Shown here: piece after piece, positions 40,128 to 51,550 of the stretch | Numbering within the stretch: the first letter of the stretch is position 1 | Layout of the letters: each line of letters begins with the position of its first letter | DNA from: Paramoeba atlantica | Lineage: Eukaryota > Protista > Discosea | Assembly: GCA_977017575.1 (NCBI GenBank) | Contig: CDRNVI010000043.1 | Coordinates: 558,001-622,000 of the forward strand | DNA: 64,000 nucleotides | Reading direction: 5' to 3' | Translations under genes and position numbers: made by a program | The notes under the pieces: generated by a model | Databases searched by the model: none | What the model saw: only the letters and a program-made list of their open reading frames with translations | What the model was told of the DNA's origin: nothing

Positions 40128-42122
40128 TCACTGTTCATAAAATTTACTTCTAACGGTTTCCCACTGGGTACCACATCGGCATAGTGAATGTACCACAGCT
40201 GCGACCTCACCCATATCGATACGTATCTGTTCGGTGCTATCACGTTCTCGTAGCGTCACCTTTCCATCACCCACGAGGTCGACAGTAACCGTGAATGGTG
40301 TCCCAATTTCATCAAGGCGGGCGTACTTTTTCCCAACGCTAACGGCACTCTCGTCCGTCTTCGCTCGTAGTCCACACTGTGTCATGTTGCGTAGAACACT
40401 ACGGACATTTTCCATCATTGTGTCCTTTACCATGAGAGGGATAACCGCTACCTCAAAGGGTGCGAGACCAGGGGATAAACTGAATACGGCCCGTTGCTCG
40501 TTCTTTCCACTCTCGTCACGACGTACCCAGTACGATTGTTCGAGCAGAGCGAAAAGCAAGCGACCAATACCAAAAGAAGGCTCAATGACGCTCGGAATGT
40601 AGCTTCGTCCGGTAATTTTTTCAATTCGGTGTTCGAAAGTTACTGCATTCCTGCATATTGTTACGCTGTCATCTGGAGCAATAGATATCGAAAACGAAGC
40701 GTCGTCCGGCATGGCCTCTACTTCTTTCATTTTCTCAAGTGAGAGATTCGAAAGGGCGAGTAGTACCTGATGCGATTTTTTACCAAACACTTTTCCGATG
40801 AGAGGTTTACAAGGTTTACACATATGCCTTAGCTCTTCTCTCGCTTCTGGAAGGGTCTCCCAAAATGTAAGATCTTTTCCCGTTTTGTTGGCATGAGCTG
40901 TAAGATCATACGCTGAGCGATCTGCTATTCCAATCACCTCAACCCAACCGTAGGATGTTAGCAGTTCACAATCCCAACAGTCCTGAGCATAATGAGCCAT
41001 CTCTTTATTGAGATGCTGTCGATATCTCGTGAATTTAACTCCTAAACGTCGTAAAAAGAGTTCTATTCGTCCGAGATAATACCCGACGGTTTCATTGTCA
41101 ATCATCCGGGAAGAAACAGCTTCGCCTATAGTTAGGCACCTGGGAATGCCTGACGCCTCCTGCTCTTCTCGAGTCAAAAGCCAAATCTTTATTTCTGCGA
41201 CGGTGGCAAACTTCTCATGCGACTTGTCTGAAGGATTAACAAAATGCTCGATTTCTGCTAGGGTAAACTCGCGCACTCTAAGCAACGATGCGCGGGGGGA
41301 TATCTCATTCCGAAAGGCAGGTCCGATGGCACAAGCCGCGAACGGTAATCGTGAAACGGAATTTGTTTCCAGCAGTCGTTTGAAGTTTAGACAAATGCCT
41401 TGTGCGAGTTCGGGTCTCAGATAAGCTTTCCGGGTCTTCTCAGGTCCAACATGCGTTTCAAACATTAAGTTAAATTCGAAAGGTTCAGATAACTTGTTAC
41501 CTTCGCTCGACTTCATGTCGTATTTTGCCACCAATTCGCCCAATTCAGTTTTATTTAGGTTGGGAATGATATCTGCTGACACTAAAGGTTCGTCTGATGA
41601 AATTCTTCCGCAGTCGCCATCTAGCTTTGAATTCCGCATTAACCATTCTTGAACAAACTTATCAAGTCTTACACATTCGCCAGTGACTGTGTCGCGTGCC
41701 ATAATGTCATTAAAACGTTGCAGGTGACCGGACGTACTGAATACAACTTCAGGCGTGATACACGAAGGATCAATTTCACACATATTTTCTTCCCGTAAGA
41801 AATGATCTCGCCATTTTTCAAGTACTTGGTATTTTATTGCACACAAGGGAGGGCCAAGGTCATATTGTCCCGAAACACCACCGTAGATATCAAAAGAAGG
41901 ACCAAAAAAGAACCGACGTCGACACGTACCCTCAAAGTCTTCTCTTCTAAACGAAGGTAAACAGTTCGGAAGGGTGGATTGTGAAGTGAGCTTCAAATTG
42001 CTCACCGCATTACATGCATTGTTCATCATCCCAAAACCAAACAGACACAAACAAAGGGCAACAGTGAAATAGAAACGGGATTTAGTGATAAAATATATCG
42101 TGCATGTAAATATTTCTGTCAT
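40128..42122 (-). CDS. GARS: Glycyl-tRNA synthetase (eukaryotic class II homodimeric type)
   Basis: RRFFFGPSFDIYGGVSGQYDLGP, YLRPELAQG, FRNEISPR..LLRVREF, EMAHYAQDCWD, VIEPSFGIGR, YARLDEIGTPF; start may be the ATGATG at ~42029. Confidence 0.95.
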   Translation of the reverse strand: MTEIFTCTIYFITKSRFYFTVALCLCLFGFGMMNNACNAVSNLKLTSQSTLPNCLPSFRREDFEGTCRRRFFFGPSFDIYGGVSGQYDLGPPLCAIKYQVLEKWRDHFLREENMCEIDPSCITPEVVFSTSGHLQRFNDIMARDTVTGECVRLDKFVQEWLMRNSKLDGDCGRISSDEPLVSADIIPNLNKTELGELVAKYDMKSSEGNKLSEPFEFNLMFETHVGPEKTRKAYLRPELAQGICLNFKRLLETNSVSRLPFAACAIGPAFRNEISPRASLLRVREFTLAEIEHFVNPSDKSHEKFATVAEIKIWLLTREEQEASGIPRCLTIGEAVSSRMIDNETVGYYLGRIELFLRRLGVKFTRYRQHLNKEMAHYAQDCWDCELLTSYGWVEVIGIADRSAYDLTAHANKTGKDLTFWETLPEAREELRHMCKPCKPLIGKVFGKKSHQVLLALSNLSLEKMKEVEAMPDDASFSISIAPDDSVTICRNAVTFEHRIEKITGRSYIPSVIEPSFGIGRLLFALLEQSYWVRRDESGKNEQRAVFSLSPGLAPFEVAVIPLMVKDTMMENVRSVLRNMTQCGLRAKTDESAVSVGKKYARLDEIGTPFTVTVDLVGDGKVTLRERDSTEQIRIDMGEVAAVVHSLCRCGTQWETVRSKFYEQ

Positions 42123-42182
42123 GCATACATTATACAGTATAGTTTTGTGGAACAGAATCTGTAATACAATCTGTATGTATTA

Positions 42183-44150
42183 TTATGGCGTAAACACAAC
42201 GTGTTCTCCAGGAGAAATCATTCTCCAGGATAATAATAATTGAAAAACTCTACTAACTACAGAGTTGAACATCTTGGAAAGCAGCTTTTCCCAAAGAAAA
42301 GATTTTGAGATTGATTTCGTCATGTACGTACCTTCTAACTTGTACCCTAGTTTTCGGTAATAGTTTCTTACTCCAATCCCCGAAATAACAGCTGTTTTGT
42401 TGCAACCATGCGTCCTTGAGTACGATTCTGCGGTGTCCATAAGTCTCCTGCCAGCCCCTAAATGCTGAGTTTCTTTACCTGAATTGGTTGAACACACTGG
42501 CACAAGTTGTCCATACGTGTGAAGTTCACGAATTAAAGCAGCATATCTTAGCTCTGGAAACGGATTGTTTGAAATATCGTGATTAATTCGGAGGCGCAAA
42601 TGCGCAAACAACTCTGTGCGCTTCTGATTTTCCAAGCTGAAGTAATACTCTGTTCCACCACTGGCTTTAAACTTGTCAACATACAAGATCGCTTCTCCAT
42701 CATATGTAGTGCGAGTCTTACATTCACGCTCACGAACATCACGGCATTCAATTCCTCTCTGTTTCATTAACCGGTCTATTTCTTGTCTAAGATTGGTTCG
42801 TTTTTCCCCAGCGAGTATATAGTCACCTGGAATGTCTCTTACAATACGATTTAAACGTATCCTATAGGGTACATGTTCCATGATATAGCAAATCAATTCC
42901 ACTATAAGCTCTCCATTGTTTTTCTCCGCGTATGGAGTGTAGAGGCCGTTGTCGTACCACTCTTTAATTTTTGTGTAGGGTACGGTCGCCGTGGGGTAAA
43001 CCTTCCATTGGTCCACCTGAAGTTCCGTATTTTTATGACTAAAAAGGTATTTAAACATCTCTAAGTCCTTCTCAAAAGTCGATCCTGGGAGATCTGGCAT
43101 CCAATGAGCGTCAACTTTGAATCCCGTTTCTAAAAGTAGTCGGATACCCTTCTTAGATTGCTCAATTGAGCATTCTCGATTCACAAGTTCCAGTATTTCA
43201 TTCTCAATGTGTTGAATCCCAAGCTGGACGCGGGTCACACCAAGTTTTCGGAACCTAGTAATTTCGGATAGCGTAACATAGTCAGGTCGGGTCTCCACAG
43301 TCAGGCCAATAATCCTACACTGGGCATCTTCATTTCGCGTCATTTCTTCTTCCAAACTTAATGACTTTCGTGAAGCGGGAGCGAAAAATGTGTTCGCTGC
43401 GAAATATAGCCCAGTCATAAACTCCTCGGCGTACTCTTTGGGGTAAAAGCTAAATGTGCCACCCAAAACAATAATCTCAATCTTGTCCACAGTATGGCCA
43501 TTGTTCTCCAGTGCACGGGCTCGATCATTGAATTGTCGAATTGGGTCCCACCCGTTACGGTAGCCACGCAGAACGCTGGGCTCGCGGAGGAGATATGATC
43601 TTGCGACTCCGGGCTGGTTCGGGCAGTAATGGCAATCTTTTGGACACGAGAAGCGTCCGGGGCCCATCAGTACGCTAACGACCAGTACTCCCGAGTGGGA
43701 TTTCGCTCGTTTCTTCAGTAAGTAGCTAATGAGATCCTGATTGGGTTTCGTTTCGAGCCCACAATGGTCGATATACTCATGATATGCACGTATTACTTGT
43801 GATTTTCTGGCGAATCCCCCTCCAGGATGCCCAACTCTTCTGCATAATGTGTTGTACTTTTTCTCGAATTCTGCTCGAGAGGGAATAGTGGGTTCGCTTT
43901 TCTTTGCGGCTTTTTCCCCATATTGTGACATGAAGTCATGAAGACCCTGTGCAACGGATATGAAATGATTTCTCTCGTTTTCGGATAGATCGTTCCAGTC
44001 TTCGTAAGTTTGCATGCACGTGGCATCTTCGATTTCATTCGCCTCGTCTGGATCTTGATAATCGCCTAAAAGCTCAAAATGCTCATCGCCCATGCAGTCC
44101 GTGTAATCACCATTCGTTCGCTCAGACTTCGCCATTACCTGTACTTTCAT
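42183..44150 (-). CDS. ELP3: Elongator catalytic subunit Elp3-like (radical SAM + GNAT)
   Basis: CPKDCHYCP (CxxxCxxC), GLTVETRPD, GVTRVQLGIQ, HWMPDLPG, IRELHTYG, QHLGAGRRL, VISGIGVRNYYRKLGY. Confidence 0.93.
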   Translation of the reverse strand: MKVQVMAKSERTNGDYTDCMGDEHFELLGDYQDPDEANEIEDATCMQTYEDWNDLSENERNHFISVAQGLHDFMSQYGEKAAKKSEPTIPSRAEFEKKYNTLCRRVGHPGGGFARKSQVIRAYHEYIDHCGLETKPNQDLISYLLKKRAKSHSGVLVVSVLMGPGRFSCPKDCHYCPNQPGVARSYLLREPSVLRGYRNGWDPIRQFNDRARALENNGHTVDKIEIIVLGGTFSFYPKEYAEEFMTGLYFAANTFFAPASRKSLSLEEEMTRNEDAQCRIIGLTVETRPDYVTLSEITRFRKLGVTRVQLGIQHIENEILELVNRECSIEQSKKGIRLLLETGFKVDAHWMPDLPGSTFEKDLEMFKYLFSHKNTELQVDQWKVYPTATVPYTKIKEWYDNGLYTPYAEKNNGELIVELICYIMEHVPYRIRLNRIVRDIPGDYILAGEKRTNLRQEIDRLMKQRGIECRDVRERECKTRTTYDGEAILYVDKFKASGGTEYYFSLENQKRTELFAHLRLRINHDISNNPFPELRYAALIRELHTYGQLVPVCSTNSGKETQHLGAGRRLMDTAESYSRTHGCNKTAVISGIGVRNYYRKLGYKLEGTYMTKSISKSFLWEKLLSKMFNSVVSRVFQLLLSWRMISPGEHVVFTP

Positions 44151-44530
44151 ACGAGATTAAAATGACATCGAAATACGCCTTGTATAATACGATAGAATAT
44201 GCAATTATTGGTCGTACAAGCAAACAGGTGTTTTGATCGCTGGTTCTCGTACTTCGCTGAAGCTGTATGAAAACGCCCATCTAAATTTGTATACTCTATT
44301 GTACTCTAGTATGTACTCTATTACCAGCAGAAGGGCTGGGTATATTGACAGCATCATAGAAATGAAATGAGTTGACCTCTACCCGAAAGGTCCACAATTC
44401 ATCTTATAGAAAGGTCTATGATGGTACTATGGTAGTAAACGACATGCACCGTCACGGCGTGTAGATAGAGAAAAGTACGAAAATAAAGAGGTGTACTTTT
44501 ACTTTCATGAAATCCGGTGCTGGAAATCGT

Positions 44531-45703
44531 TCAGAAATCAGGTTCAAAACGAACGAAGCACTGGTCTACGGGGAAAAGGCTTTGTGTGTAGATCATGTCT
44601 TCTACCTTTTCGGCTACATCACGGCAGGTTGAAACGGGGAGCTTCTCTGAAACATTAATGGTTAGATCTACAGTATATCCTCCACCCGTCGCATACGCTT
44701 GCACACATCTGAGACCAGAAATCCGTTGGTCGCAAATCAGTACAATAAAAATGATTTGATTCAGCACTCGATTTGGTGCGGTTCTACCGCTTAGTTTCCT
44801 GCTTTGTTCCCATCCCATCTGTGTCCAGGTTGCAACAATGTAGATAGTGATTAAGATGCCCGTGATATCATCCCACATCGGGTGCAAGTAAATGACAAGA
44901 GCAACACCTATCATTCCGGCTCCGTTACTGATCACATCATTTCGATGATCCTTCCGCAGCGCATCACATGACTCGTTTCCTTTTACCAGAGTAACGCAGT
45001 AAATGTACATCAGAAATTTAACCACCACTACGGTTGCTAGAACAAAAAGAACAAGTGTGAGATGGGGCACAGATCGTACTTGGTCGCTCGTCAAGGTTGC
45101 TACAAGCTGTTTCAGACCATGGTTGAGTACATTCATGGCTGCGACTGCCATGATGCAACTGAATACAAGAACTCCCAAAGGCTCTATGCTCTTTTTTCCG
45201 TGTGGATAATATGTAAGATCTTCCTTGCGCAATATTCTATTGAGCACGACAAGAAGAGCTCCACTAATCAAATCTAAAACAGAGTCCAAGAGACTCGCTA
45301 ATGCTGTCAACGATCCGCTTAGTGTCACGGCAACACATTTCAAAGCAAGAAGAAGACAGTTGATCACCAAGGAACCAATGATGGCAAAACGAACCCTTCG
45401 CGAAGATGCTGATAAATTTCTTTCGGAATGAAATTTTTTCACTTTATCAGGACACATCTCCTGTGCGAGGGGTGCGACGGGCACTGCTGAAGAATTTTCA
45501 TTCTTTGAGGGTTGCGACAATCCTTTTTTGTCAATATTGCCGCACTCGTTGTAAAGCTGACAAAAAGTTTTTAAAAGTCCTTCTTGCTGTGCGTAATACG
45601 ATTTTACAGATTTTTTAAGCGACGTCTGAGATTTACCGCCGTCCGGTGGATTTAATCTAGGCACTTGATTGTCTGCGATGTACTCCTCTAAAAAGGTCTG
45701 CAT
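44531..45703 (-). CDS. Cation diffusion facilitator, Mn-CDF (MTP8/MTP11-like)
   Basis: SLLDSVLD (DxxxD) and DHRND metal-site motifs, YPHGKKSIEPLG, about six hydrophobic segments. Confidence 0.88.
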   Translation of the reverse strand: MQTFLEEYIADNQVPRLNPPDGGKSQTSLKKSVKSYYAQQEGLLKTFCQLYNECGNIDKKGLSQPSKNENSSAVPVAPLAQEMCPDKVKKFHSERNLSASSRRVRFAIIGSLVINCLLLALKCVAVTLSGSLTALASLLDSVLDLISGALLVVLNRILRKEDLTYYPHGKKSIEPLGVLVFSCIMAVAAMNVLNHGLKQLVATLTSDQVRSVPHLTLVLFVLATVVVVKFLMYIYCVTLVKGNESCDALRKDHRNDVISNGAGMIGVALVIYLHPMWDDITGILITIYIVATWTQMGWEQSRKLSGRTAPNRVLNQIIFIVLICDQRISGLRCVQAYATGGGYTVDLTINVSEKLPVSTCRDVAEKVEDMIYTQSLFPVDQCFVRFEPDF

Positions 45704-45969
45704 TTCAAGCTAGTCCCACACTTACGTGCTTCATTTACGTCGGAAAAAATAAGATACGGAGAGAGTAAGATCATACATGTAGATGTTTGAGCATTGAAAC
45801 CCTGCCTTCACTTACAGTACTTAGGAGTATTTTCTTTCCATGCTTTTTATTTTCTAAATTTCATGATTCTTCAATAGGCGAGACGAATCAAAAATTCACA
45901 AGTAGAAGTATCACTAGAAGCATAGAAGCGTAGAACAGAATAAAATTGGGTAGCAATTTGATACCGACA

Positions 45970-46626
45970 CTAACAAAACAAGGACCAGTTAATAATCTTT
46001 AACTCTTTAGCACAATTCTCGAGTATCAAAGCTATTTCTTCATGTTTAAGAGTTCGTCGAACTGTCCCGAACTCGGAACTTCTTGTACTGATCTCTGTTG
46101 GAGCTGTCACAGTAAGCAAAATATCTGTGTCGATGGGAGAGAGCAGTCGGCCTAGTACAGCCTCGACCCAGACAATATTTTCCGCCCCTTCTTCCTTAAA
46201 CTTATGAACTCTCTGTGATCCATTGAATCGAACCACAAATCCCATAGGAGGGGAGACAATATAGGGAAAATACGTAAAAGCTCGTTGATTGTCTGTCACT
46301 TCTTTTGCAAACATAAGAGTCTCCGCGTTTTCAGAATCAGAATACGATTCATAGCAGAGTTGGCAGAAGCCAGCCTCACGTACGGAACACAATTTATGTT
46401 CGTACGAACTACTACTTTTGGCGTGCTCATCGAAATGAATGCGCGCAGAATCCGCGTCCGCAATATCTTCATTTCGTGCTAACAATTCAATAATTATACA
46501 GCAACCCGTATCAACGTCTGTAAATACTTCCTGATGATCTGGTACTCCTGAAATACCCGAAACATCAGAGAACTCCTTGGGTTTCTTAAAGACTAAAGCC
46601 CCACCGAACAATTTTTTTGTCTCCAT
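45970..46626 (-). CDS. MOG1: Ran guanine-nucleotide release factor Mog1 (Mog1/PsbP fold)
   Basis: LFGGAL...FSDVS...VPDHQEVF...IIIELL; ATG at 46626. Confidence 0.85.
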   Translation of the reverse strand: METKKLFGGALVFKKPKEFSDVSGISGVPDHQEVFTDVDTGCCIIIELLARNEDIADADSARIHFDEHAKSSSSYEHKLCSVREAGFCQLCYESYSDSENAETLMFAKEVTDNQRAFTYFPYIVSPPMGFVVRFNGSQRVHKFKEEGAENIVWVEAVLGRLLSPIDTDILLTVTAPTEISTRSSEFGTVRRTLKHEEIALILENCAKELKIINWSLFC

Positions 46627-46851
46627 AGCATTCAAGAGTCCTACAAGGACTTCTTTATGATAGAGTCCTACAAGGTAAAGATTCCATGATTTCGACAGGA
46701 AGAGTATAAAAAGATCGAACCCCTAGTTTCACAGGGCAAATCAAGAAAACTTGTGTGAAAGACAAAACTGTTTCTACTTTTTTAACAAATACGTACAAAT
46801 AATGTGTGTTTGTAGTTCGTACAAGGTGTGCCAATAAAATACAATAGAAAG

Positions 46852-47463
46852 TTAGCTTCCTTTCTTCCCTTTATGTATCGTAATGTTCGTGTCAGTTTCT
46901 TGTTTCATGCTATGAAGAAAGGCCGTATAATCAAATATATGGGGATTTTTATTAAAAGCGTGAACCCATTGTTCGTATTTATTGGGTTCTATGTAGTATT
47001 TCATCAGCATTCCGCAAATAAAGGCACTATCTTCCTTCGTAAATACCTCATCCTTCAACTCAGCGCGGATAAGGACAATGCCTTTTGTGGATGCCAACTC
47101 CGTAAAGAATTGTATCAGCAAATGCGGAGTACAACTGTCTTCTTTATCCTGCCATTCACGTAAAGGAGCCACACCGACTACATCCCGATCAAAACATGTA
47201 ACTGCGTTGAACAGGCATGTTTTTCGAAACACTGGTACACAGAAATATGGACACTGACGTAACCTCTGTTGCATTTGGATATAGGCATCGTTTGAGATGA
47301 CCCTACCCCAGTACTGGAGCAATTGAGAATGATGCTGAACCCAAAGATTTATTATTTGAGGCGCGGGAAGCAGGAGAAGTAAATCCATTTTCATTACCGT
47401 GTCTAAAGATTTTCGTCCCGGTAGCTTAAAAAGATTTCTTAAGTTGGCACTGCGCACAAGCAT
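46852..47463 (-). CDS. ATP11: Mitochondrial F1-ATPase assembly factor ATP11
   Basis: KSLDTVMKMDLL...IINLWVQHH, CPYFCVPVFR, IQFFTELA; ATG at 47463 gives MLVRS presequence. Confidence 0.8.
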   Translation of the reverse strand: MLVRSANLRNLFKLPGRKSLDTVMKMDLLLLLPAPQIINLWVQHHSQLLQYWGRVISNDAYIQMQQRLRQCPYFCVPVFRKTCLFNAVTCFDRDVVGVAPLREWQDKEDSCTPHLLIQFFTELASTKGIVLIRAELKDEVFTKEDSAFICGMLMKYYIEPNKYEQWVHAFNKNPHIFDYTAFLHSMKQETDTNITIHKGKKGS

Positions 47464-47637
47464 GAAAAGCAAGAGCTCGTGAAACTAAACTAAAATTCGG
47501 TTTGAGTTCAGAAGTTAAATAAAAAATCTCACTATTCAAGAGCACAGATTAAGCTAAAAGAAATCTGCTGCACCTTTTTAAAAGTAACACAGTACTTGCA
47601 AAGAATACAGTGCGATCAGGATATTAAACTGCCATCC

Positions 47638-49968
47638 TTACCGCGTAAAATCAAGAACCTCCTTCCAAACCGGACAGCACGTGCGTAATGTTCGCTCGCT
47701 GCCAACTATATAAATTAATTCTCGGGCTCGTGTCAGCGCTACATTCGCACGTTGGCGGTCATCAAGAAATGTCAAGAGTTCTCCGTACTGAGGTCTACTA
47801 TTGAGAGTACTATCACTTGATACGCGATCCCTTCGGTTGATCAAAGGGCAATCTGCTTCTTTAATACATCGAACGCATGAGATAATGATGACATCTTTTT
47901 CCCGTCCTTGATACCCATCTACGGTGTTCACCTCAACAGATGCTATCCCGGATTCGTTGTGCGAAACCACGACGCTACTCTCGCGTGTGGCGTTTACAAA
48001 TTCTCCCTGATTATTCGCAAACGTTGTCGGAAGGGCCTCGAGAAGCTTTGACTTAATTTTCATCTGCTGCGCAAGGTAAGGTGTGATCACGCCTACCGTT
48101 GCATCGCGACAGCCCTTATTGGGGTTCCCCTTCAATGTTTTGATCAGATTTTCAATAATTCGAAGAACAGCATCGACTTCCTCATCATTGTAATACGAAG
48201 TGCCGTGTAGTTTTTCACTTCCTGTGACGTTTTCGAGATGGATCCGTCGCCTCGAGCTGTATTCTCTGTCGCCCGAAATATTCACTCGTTGACCTGTTTT
48301 TAGACGTCCACCATAAAATAATTCACTGGGTAAAGCGCATAGATCTGGGTGCATCCGATACTGCTCGGAAAGAAAAAAGAACGGATAGCCATTTTCAAGC
48401 ATCCGCTCCATTAAACTACGGTCGTATTTGTTGCGTATACTTTTCCTTCCAAAGACTGTAGGTGGTAATTGCATAGGATCACCTATAAGCGCAGCGCGAC
48501 GACAGGCATGAGATAGTGCAAAAATGGTTTGAGGTTCGGTTATTTGTCCGGCCTCGTCAATTATTACCGTATCGAATTTTATTCCTTCAGTGCGAAGCGA
48601 TCCTATTGTTGAGAAAACAATTTGGAATTGACTTAAGATGTGTTCACGAGGAGCAATCTCTATTTTCTTACCTGTCGTAACTGATCCATATTTATGGTCG
48701 CCAAACTGTTTACGCAGAATGTCTTCAAATAGATAACCTTGCTGAGCTACAACAGGATTCACTCTTTCTCTTGCACCGAGTCGAACCATGGATGGAATGG
48801 GGACGTTCAGGTCTTTAGCCTCCTTTATTGTGCGAAGCAAGATCTCATCCACAGCAGTATTGCTTGCCGCGCATACCAAAAGTTTCCCCATGATAGTTTC
48901 TTTTGCGTATGCATGAGTGGATTGCACAAGTAAATTGTATAATATTCCAACAATAGTATGAGTTTTACCTGTACCAGGAGGTCCCTGCACTACAACAAGC
49001 TCTGCAGAGTGCGACATCGTGTCTAAAGAAATCCAATTTCCTAAAGAAGAAAGCGTGCTGCCTGGAGCGGATGCAGCACTTGTGTCGATTTTTTTCATAG
49101 TTATTCTTGAGAACTCGGTTCTAGACATGTGCGATATCACTGCACGCTGCGTAGCATTGTATTTCTGGGATGAAGATCTTTCATTTAAAGAGTCATAACG
49201 CGATTGCAGCGCATTACATTTTCCCTGCAATTTCGCTTCTGCAGGCTTCAAAATTTGATTCGCATATGGAATCATTTGTTCTAGGAAAAAACACGCCTCC
49301 ATTGAACCAAATACGGATGCAAGACCCATGTGGCGCCTAATTGTGCACTTCATTGGTAACTTAGGTTCTATTTTGACCGGTGTAATAAATGTATAAGCTT
49401 CAGCCGTAGTGGAAGACTGGCGGTGATAAGAATCTACTGTGCGGACAACACCAACCACTTCGAGTCCAGGCAGATAAATTGATATCACGTCATGTGGAGA
49501 GAGTCGTGCACACGTTTCATTTCGGTTTTGCGGAGTAAATACCAGTCGAGTGCGTGACGGTTCAAATTTGTTGGAAGAGGGCTTAGGCAATGTGAAAACA
49601 GAGCGAAGTCGGGCTTCAAATGCTGTTTGTGGTTGTCGCCTGGCTTCAACGACTTCTGCTTGCGCGGCGCACAAGATGTTTCCGAGCCAGACCTCGCCAT
49701 ATTCATCTGCAGAGATAAATTCTTTCGGGATGCGAGCACATTGTATTGGAGGACGAAAACACTGATGCGTATTTTTCTCATTCCGGTTTTCATCTCTTTT
49801 CCTTTTGGTGTGGTCAGCTAGTGCCTCGGGATGTAATATTTCAAGAAAATCACTTTTCAGACGAAAGTACTCTAGACGTTGACGCAACACTCTTTCGGCC
49901 TCGAATGCGTCGTCCGACGATTTTTGCAAAGTACAAATGCGAGATACATGTGCATTTGTCGGTTTCAT
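47638..49968 (-). CDS. Superfamily 1 helicase, Upf1/Sen1-like
   Basis: QGPPGTGKT, ASNTAVDEI, IIDEAGQ, LIGDPMQLPPTV, QYRMHP, ITPYLAQ, TVDGYQGREKD, NVALTRA. Confidence 0.92.
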   Translation of the reverse strand: MKPTNAHVSRICTLQKSSDDAFEAERVLRQRLEYFRLKSDFLEILHPEALADHTKRKRDENRNEKNTHQCFRPPIQCARIPKEFISADEYGEVWLGNILCAAQAEVVEARRQPQTAFEARLRSVFTLPKPSSNKFEPSRTRLVFTPQNRNETCARLSPHDVISIYLPGLEVVGVVRTVDSYHRQSSTTAEAYTFITPVKIEPKLPMKCTIRRHMGLASVFGSMEACFFLEQMIPYANQILKPAEAKLQGKCNALQSRYDSLNERSSSQKYNATQRAVISHMSRTEFSRITMKKIDTSAASAPGSTLSSLGNWISLDTMSHSAELVVVQGPPGTGKTHTIVGILYNLLVQSTHAYAKETIMGKLLVCAASNTAVDEILLRTIKEAKDLNVPIPSMVRLGARERVNPVVAQQGYLFEDILRKQFGDHKYGSVTTGKKIEIAPREHILSQFQIVFSTIGSLRTEGIKFDTVIIDEAGQITEPQTIFALSHACRRAALIGDPMQLPPTVFGRKSIRNKYDRSLMERMLENGYPFFFLSEQYRMHPDLCALPSELFYGGRLKTGQRVNISGDREYSSRRRIHLENVTGSEKLHGTSYYNDEEVDAVLRIIENLIKTLKGNPNKGCRDATVGVITPYLAQQMKIKSKLLEALPTTFANNQGEFVNATRESSVVVSHNESGIASVEVNTVDGYQGREKDVIIISCVRCIKEADCPLINRRDRVSSDSTLNSRPQYGELLTFLDDRQRANVALTRARELIYIVGSERTLRTCCPVWKEVLDFTR

Positions 49969-50599
49969 TTTTGTGGCCTACGTTCAGCATTCAGAGGAAA
50001 TTCCAGTGTTCCGAATGCATGTTTCTGAATACTATCGCACCCTAGGTCGCACAGCTCACGTGAGGAAGTATTTAAGAAACTCATGGAACACGATATTTAT
50101 AGGTAGTTATAGTATTTTGGAGCTCAATGAGTTCTCATAGTTTAGAATTATTAGTCAAATGTATATTATGGTAAAAAAAAAGAACAAGAAGCTTTTTTAG
50201 AAGACCTAAAAATCTATGAGATTCAAATTGCGCTTTGAAGTACATACAACATTATAGCACATGTACGATACAGGGAAAACAAGTGGTTCATACAAACTCA
50301 CTCGAATTACTCCTGGTTAACAAGTTTAATTCGGGGCCTTTCATAGCGTACTTGTTTCAAGTAGGTGCAATTTCTGGAATTCTAATTTTTCTATTCTAAT
50401 CTATATATGAAACATTATTCACATTGTTTATTAAACAGGCAGGAAGTTACTAGGAGTTACTAGTCCATGCCACATTTAAAGTGCATTGAATCTATGAGAA
50501 AGGTGAAATGCAAAGAGTCTGCGTGAAAAAGGTGAAAATTTCACTTTTCAGAAAAGTGATACATTTTTATGTTTGAGTACGTGTAAATATCTAAATCTT

Positions 50600-50962
50600 T
50601 CACGTTCCCCTCCCTGTAAGTCTAGCCCAATTACTTACCGGAGTAACGTGATAAGTAGAATTCAGACGGCGGTTCATTGCGAATGACATGTAAGCGCACG
50701 CAGATCCCAGGATTGCCAGCCAGCCTCCTGCAACTGTGATTAGAGTCAAGAGTATGGCACTCGTACTAGGATAAAATTGAATATATTTCATGATTTCTGT
50801 ATGACTTGGAAACGTAGATTCTCGTCTCGAATTCGTTAAGCCCCGCGTCGGGAATGTGTATTCGGCACCTAAGCTGATATAATAGAAGGTTGCGCTGCTG
50901 TATCCGCCCATAAAAGCAAAGCAGTACTCTCGTGCACGACGCAATGTTACAGCACAAAGCAT
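50600..50962 (-). CDS. Possible small membrane protein
   Basis: 120-aa ORF on the gene strand in an otherwise long gap; one hydrophobic segment (AILLTLITVAGGWLAILGSACAY); no homology recognised. Confidence 0.3.
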   Translation of the reverse strand: MLCAVTLRRAREYCFAFMGGYSSATFYYISLGAEYTFPTRGLTNSRRESTFPSHTEIMKYIQFYPSTSAILLTLITVAGGWLAILGSACAYMSFAMNRRLNSTYHVTPVSNWARLTGRGT

Positions 50963-51550
50963 CCTACGGTACCTTAGTTTCTACCTATTCTATATCGACT
51001 CATGCGGAGTACCACCTCTAATATTCGGAAAACATGCAAAAAAATATTCAAGATCCTCTTTTTATACTAAAACGTGTTCGTAAGCTTAAACGGTGGCTAA
51101 TGTAAAGAGATGTGAATTCTCTCATATGAATAATCTTACATGAAGTCATTTATACTTCAGAACTCCATATGAGAGAGCATCGTCAAAAGACAATAAATAC
51201 ATCAATGCATGCTGATTAAACGAGTGAAATGCAGGTACATTAAGTGAAAACGCATGTACTTCGCCTGAATGTTCCGGAAGCGTAAAATGAATCGAACTTT
51301 GACCACTTTCTGATTTCAACGTACAGCTACTGTACGAAACGCAATATGACGTATCTCGTTCAAAAGAATGCAGTTCTTAATTACCGGGTGAGTATTTTTC
51401 CTTTTCTTAGTTTCCAACTATCCAGAACTTAATAGGGGAAAATAACAGAACCGCAAGAATAAAATACTAGTATATTTATAACACACTTGAACATAACTGT
51501 GCATAGTAGGAATCAACAAACGGTGGACGCCGCGCATCAGTGGGTTTTCT

